Shown piece after piece: positions 57,913 through 59,784 of a stretch of DNA of 59,784 bases. Numbering within the stretch: the stretch's first letter is position 1; each line of letters begins with the position of its first letter. The stretch spans positions 1-59,784 of the forward strand of contig JAZDJN010000013.1 of NCBI GenBank assembly GCA_043803945.1, written 5' to 3'. The notes under the pieces are model-generated. The model did no database searches, was not told where the DNA came from, and worked only from the letters and a program-made list of their open reading frames with translations. Origin of the DNA: a bacterium (GTDB lineage: Bacteria; Bacteroidota; Ignavibacteria; UBA10030). Both the position numbers and the translations under genes were made by a program.

Positions 57913-59784
57913 TGAGTTTGCTATAAAAAGCACCAATTGAAGATTTGTTCTGGTCACGATTTTGAGTGACACCTTCATTACCCGATTTGAGAAAATGTCA
58001 CCATCGGGTAGGGGAAAAAATCAAATAATCAGATTTATGGTTTCATATTCTCGTTCTTTGACAAGTTGGCCTACTGTGAGGACGTTCACACGATATTTTC
58101 CATCGCTATGCGCTTGACAATTGCATGGAGTCCATCTGCTGAGCATCGAGATAGCGTACAATGCGTCCGAAGTTGATACTGATGCCAGTAGCAAACGCAA
58201 AGAGCATCGTCTTGAATCGCCCCCGCACTTTTACTTTGTCGTCGGGCATCTTGCGCTTGAACTCTGAGACCGTAGCCTCAATATTTGCTCTCAACGTCCT
58301 GCGTTCCGGTGGAAGCAGGATAATATTGTTCGCACGCTTTTTTCGCTGATAGTCTTTTTCAGAAAAATAGTATCGACGACACTTATGCCCCTTCACAAGA
58401 TTGCATTGTGAGTTCCATGGGCAGGAGGCACAAACGGTTTCACTGAATTGGGCTCTGTAGCGTTTTCGAGTTTTCTCTGCGACAACCTTCTGGTGTGGGC
58501 AATTGACCAGGTACACGTCACGATCGGTCTGTTCAATCGAAAGCGCAACGACCGATTCTCTTCCACGGATAGCTGTTTGAATCTGGGTGATTACAAGCTC
58601 TGAACATTTTGTATCGTTCCCTTCAGACCCATACGCACCATCGCTATGAAGCTCAGCGAGGTCCGGTGTTTTTGCTTTCATACCATCCAAACGCTCATGA
58701 AGATTGTTCGAGTCATCAATGTTATTCGCTGTGACAACAATGTCCGTGATCAGATTCAGGGCATTCTCTGGATTGCAGGTCTCGACAATATTCACCACCT
58801 GACCGCGGTATGATCTCTTGTTCTTTTGTACATAGGTTGCATCGAGATCATCGGGTGATTGAAGCGAATCAGTGGCCAGTGCCGATGGTTCAAGAAGTGA
58901 GATTTTCTCTTCGATCACGGTAAAATGTTCTTCGTAGACACGTTCGAATATGTTGAATACTTCAATGTCCTGGTAGTGCGGGAATACTTCTCTATAGAGA
59001 CGCTGATAGATGCGGCCAATAGTTTCCAGCTCTGTTTGGATTGCCGCTTGATCCAGTCGGTAAATGAATTGTCCGGATGTCTTGTGGATGTACGGCGCAA
59101 AGAGTTCTTCATAGGATTTCCGGTCAGCGTCATCAAGAACGCGATGAACCCGAATGAGCAGTTCCACTAATAATTGTAACCGGGAATATCGTCGAATGTT
59201 CGATGCCGCTTGAAATGAATCTGTTCGTTGTATGGTTGTTTTGACCTTCAAGACCTTGAGTTGCTCGGCAGTGAGATTGTCAAACAACGTCTCAAGCAAA
59301 TTGATTCCAGTTTTTACGAAATGATCATTTAATCGATTTTGTGTGTTGAAGAAGGTCGTTAGATTGAATGGCATTTCATCAAATGTCTGTAAGCCGAGGG
59401 CTACTTTCACCAACAGATTATATTTGATATTCTTAAACAGTTCGTCGATTGTCCAGCCGTGTCGATGTTGGAGCAATATCGCACCGACCAGGCAGTTGAT
59501 CGCTGCATTGGGCCGACTAAACTTTTCTGAATACAAACATGAGAAATCTTCTTCCCGAATCTTGGAAAATACTAATTCGTAAAATGATTTCTCTTCAGAC
59601 TCTTCGATATCCTGCAGATACGTTGAAGGCAAAATCGTAGAGAATCCGAAGATATTTGCCTGAATGTGTTTTTGGTTCTTCTTGAACATTGCGTCACTGA
59701 TAATTGTTGGTGTCTGGTTGTTCGTCTAGCAATATTTCCGCAATTATCATGCCAACGTATGTTGACCTTTTTAGAGTGAACTCA
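57913..59784 (-). mobile_element. IS1182/IS5-like insertion sequence
   Basis: Imperfect IRs TGAGTTTGCTATAAAAAG (57913-57930) and CTTTTTAGAGTGAACTCA (59767-59784) enclose a transposase. Confidence 0.8.
58106..59689 (-). CDS. Transposase (DUF772 + DDE, IS1182-like), apparently intact
   Basis: LYSEKFSRPN, QRTDS, SLQSPDDLDATY, HSDGAYG, CxxC..C, RANIEATVS. Confidence 0.88.
   Translation of the reverse strand: MFKKNQKHIQANIFGFSTILPSTYLQDIEESEEKSFYELVFSKIREEDFSCLYSEKFSRPNAAINCLVGAILLQHRHGWTIDELFKNIKYNLLVKVALGLQTFDEMPFNLTTFFNTQNRLNDHFVKTGINLLETLFDNLTAEQLKVLKVKTTIQRTDSFQAASNIRRYSRLQLLVELLIRVHRVLDDADRKSYEELFAPYIHKTSGQFIYRLDQAAIQTELETIGRIYQRLYREVFPHYQDIEVFNIFERVYEEHFTVIEEKISLLEPSALATDSLQSPDDLDATYVQKNKRSYRGQVVNIVETCNPENALNLITDIVVTANNIDDSNNLHERLDGMKAKTPDLAELHSDGAYGSEGNDTKCSELVITQIQTAIRGRESVVALSIEQTDRDVYLVNCPHQKVVAEKTRKRYRAQFSETVCASCPWNSQCNLVKGHKCRRYYFSEKDYQRKKRANNIILLPPERRTLRANIEATVSEFKRKMPDDKVKVRGRFKTMLFAFATGISINFGRIVRYLDAQQMDSMQLSSA

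Overview
Bacterial window, most likely an Ignavibacteria/Chlorobi-side FCB-group organism. This is inferred from four T9SS-type NYPNPFNP C-terminal sorting domains together with sigma70-like TTGxxx-17-TAxxxT promoters and AGGAG ribosome-binding sites. The left ~32.8 kb (141-32893) is a visibly AT-richer island bounded by two direct copies of a promoter plus the 5' half of tRNA-Leu(CAG). Both copies stop in the anticodon loop, and both carry a CCTGCCTGCCGGCAGG(CAGG) palindrome inserted at the same D-arm position. The island holds a rhamnogalacturonan-I/pectin utilisation locus with no SusD (TonB-dependent receptor, T9SS beta-helix protein, PL9, 2x GH105, GH106, GH2, PL11, PL26, YesU-like, GH28, PKD protein), a DUF362-T9SS gene, a destroyed LacI regulator and several IS elements or remnants. 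The right part is GC-richer backbone: a 5-PAS hybrid kinase with HPt, hutU, a lipoprotein RidA, a DUF355 adenosine-specific kinase family protein, sixA, a sigma54 response regulator, a REC-kinase, an internally deleted hutH, add, an MBL hydrolase, a response regulator, hflX, a BatA/VWA protein, a NEW3-adaptor plus ABC exporter operon, an ECF-sigma/CHASE2 chimera and an IS1182-like element that ends exactly at the window edge. All family calls come from motif recognition by eye; no database search was run.
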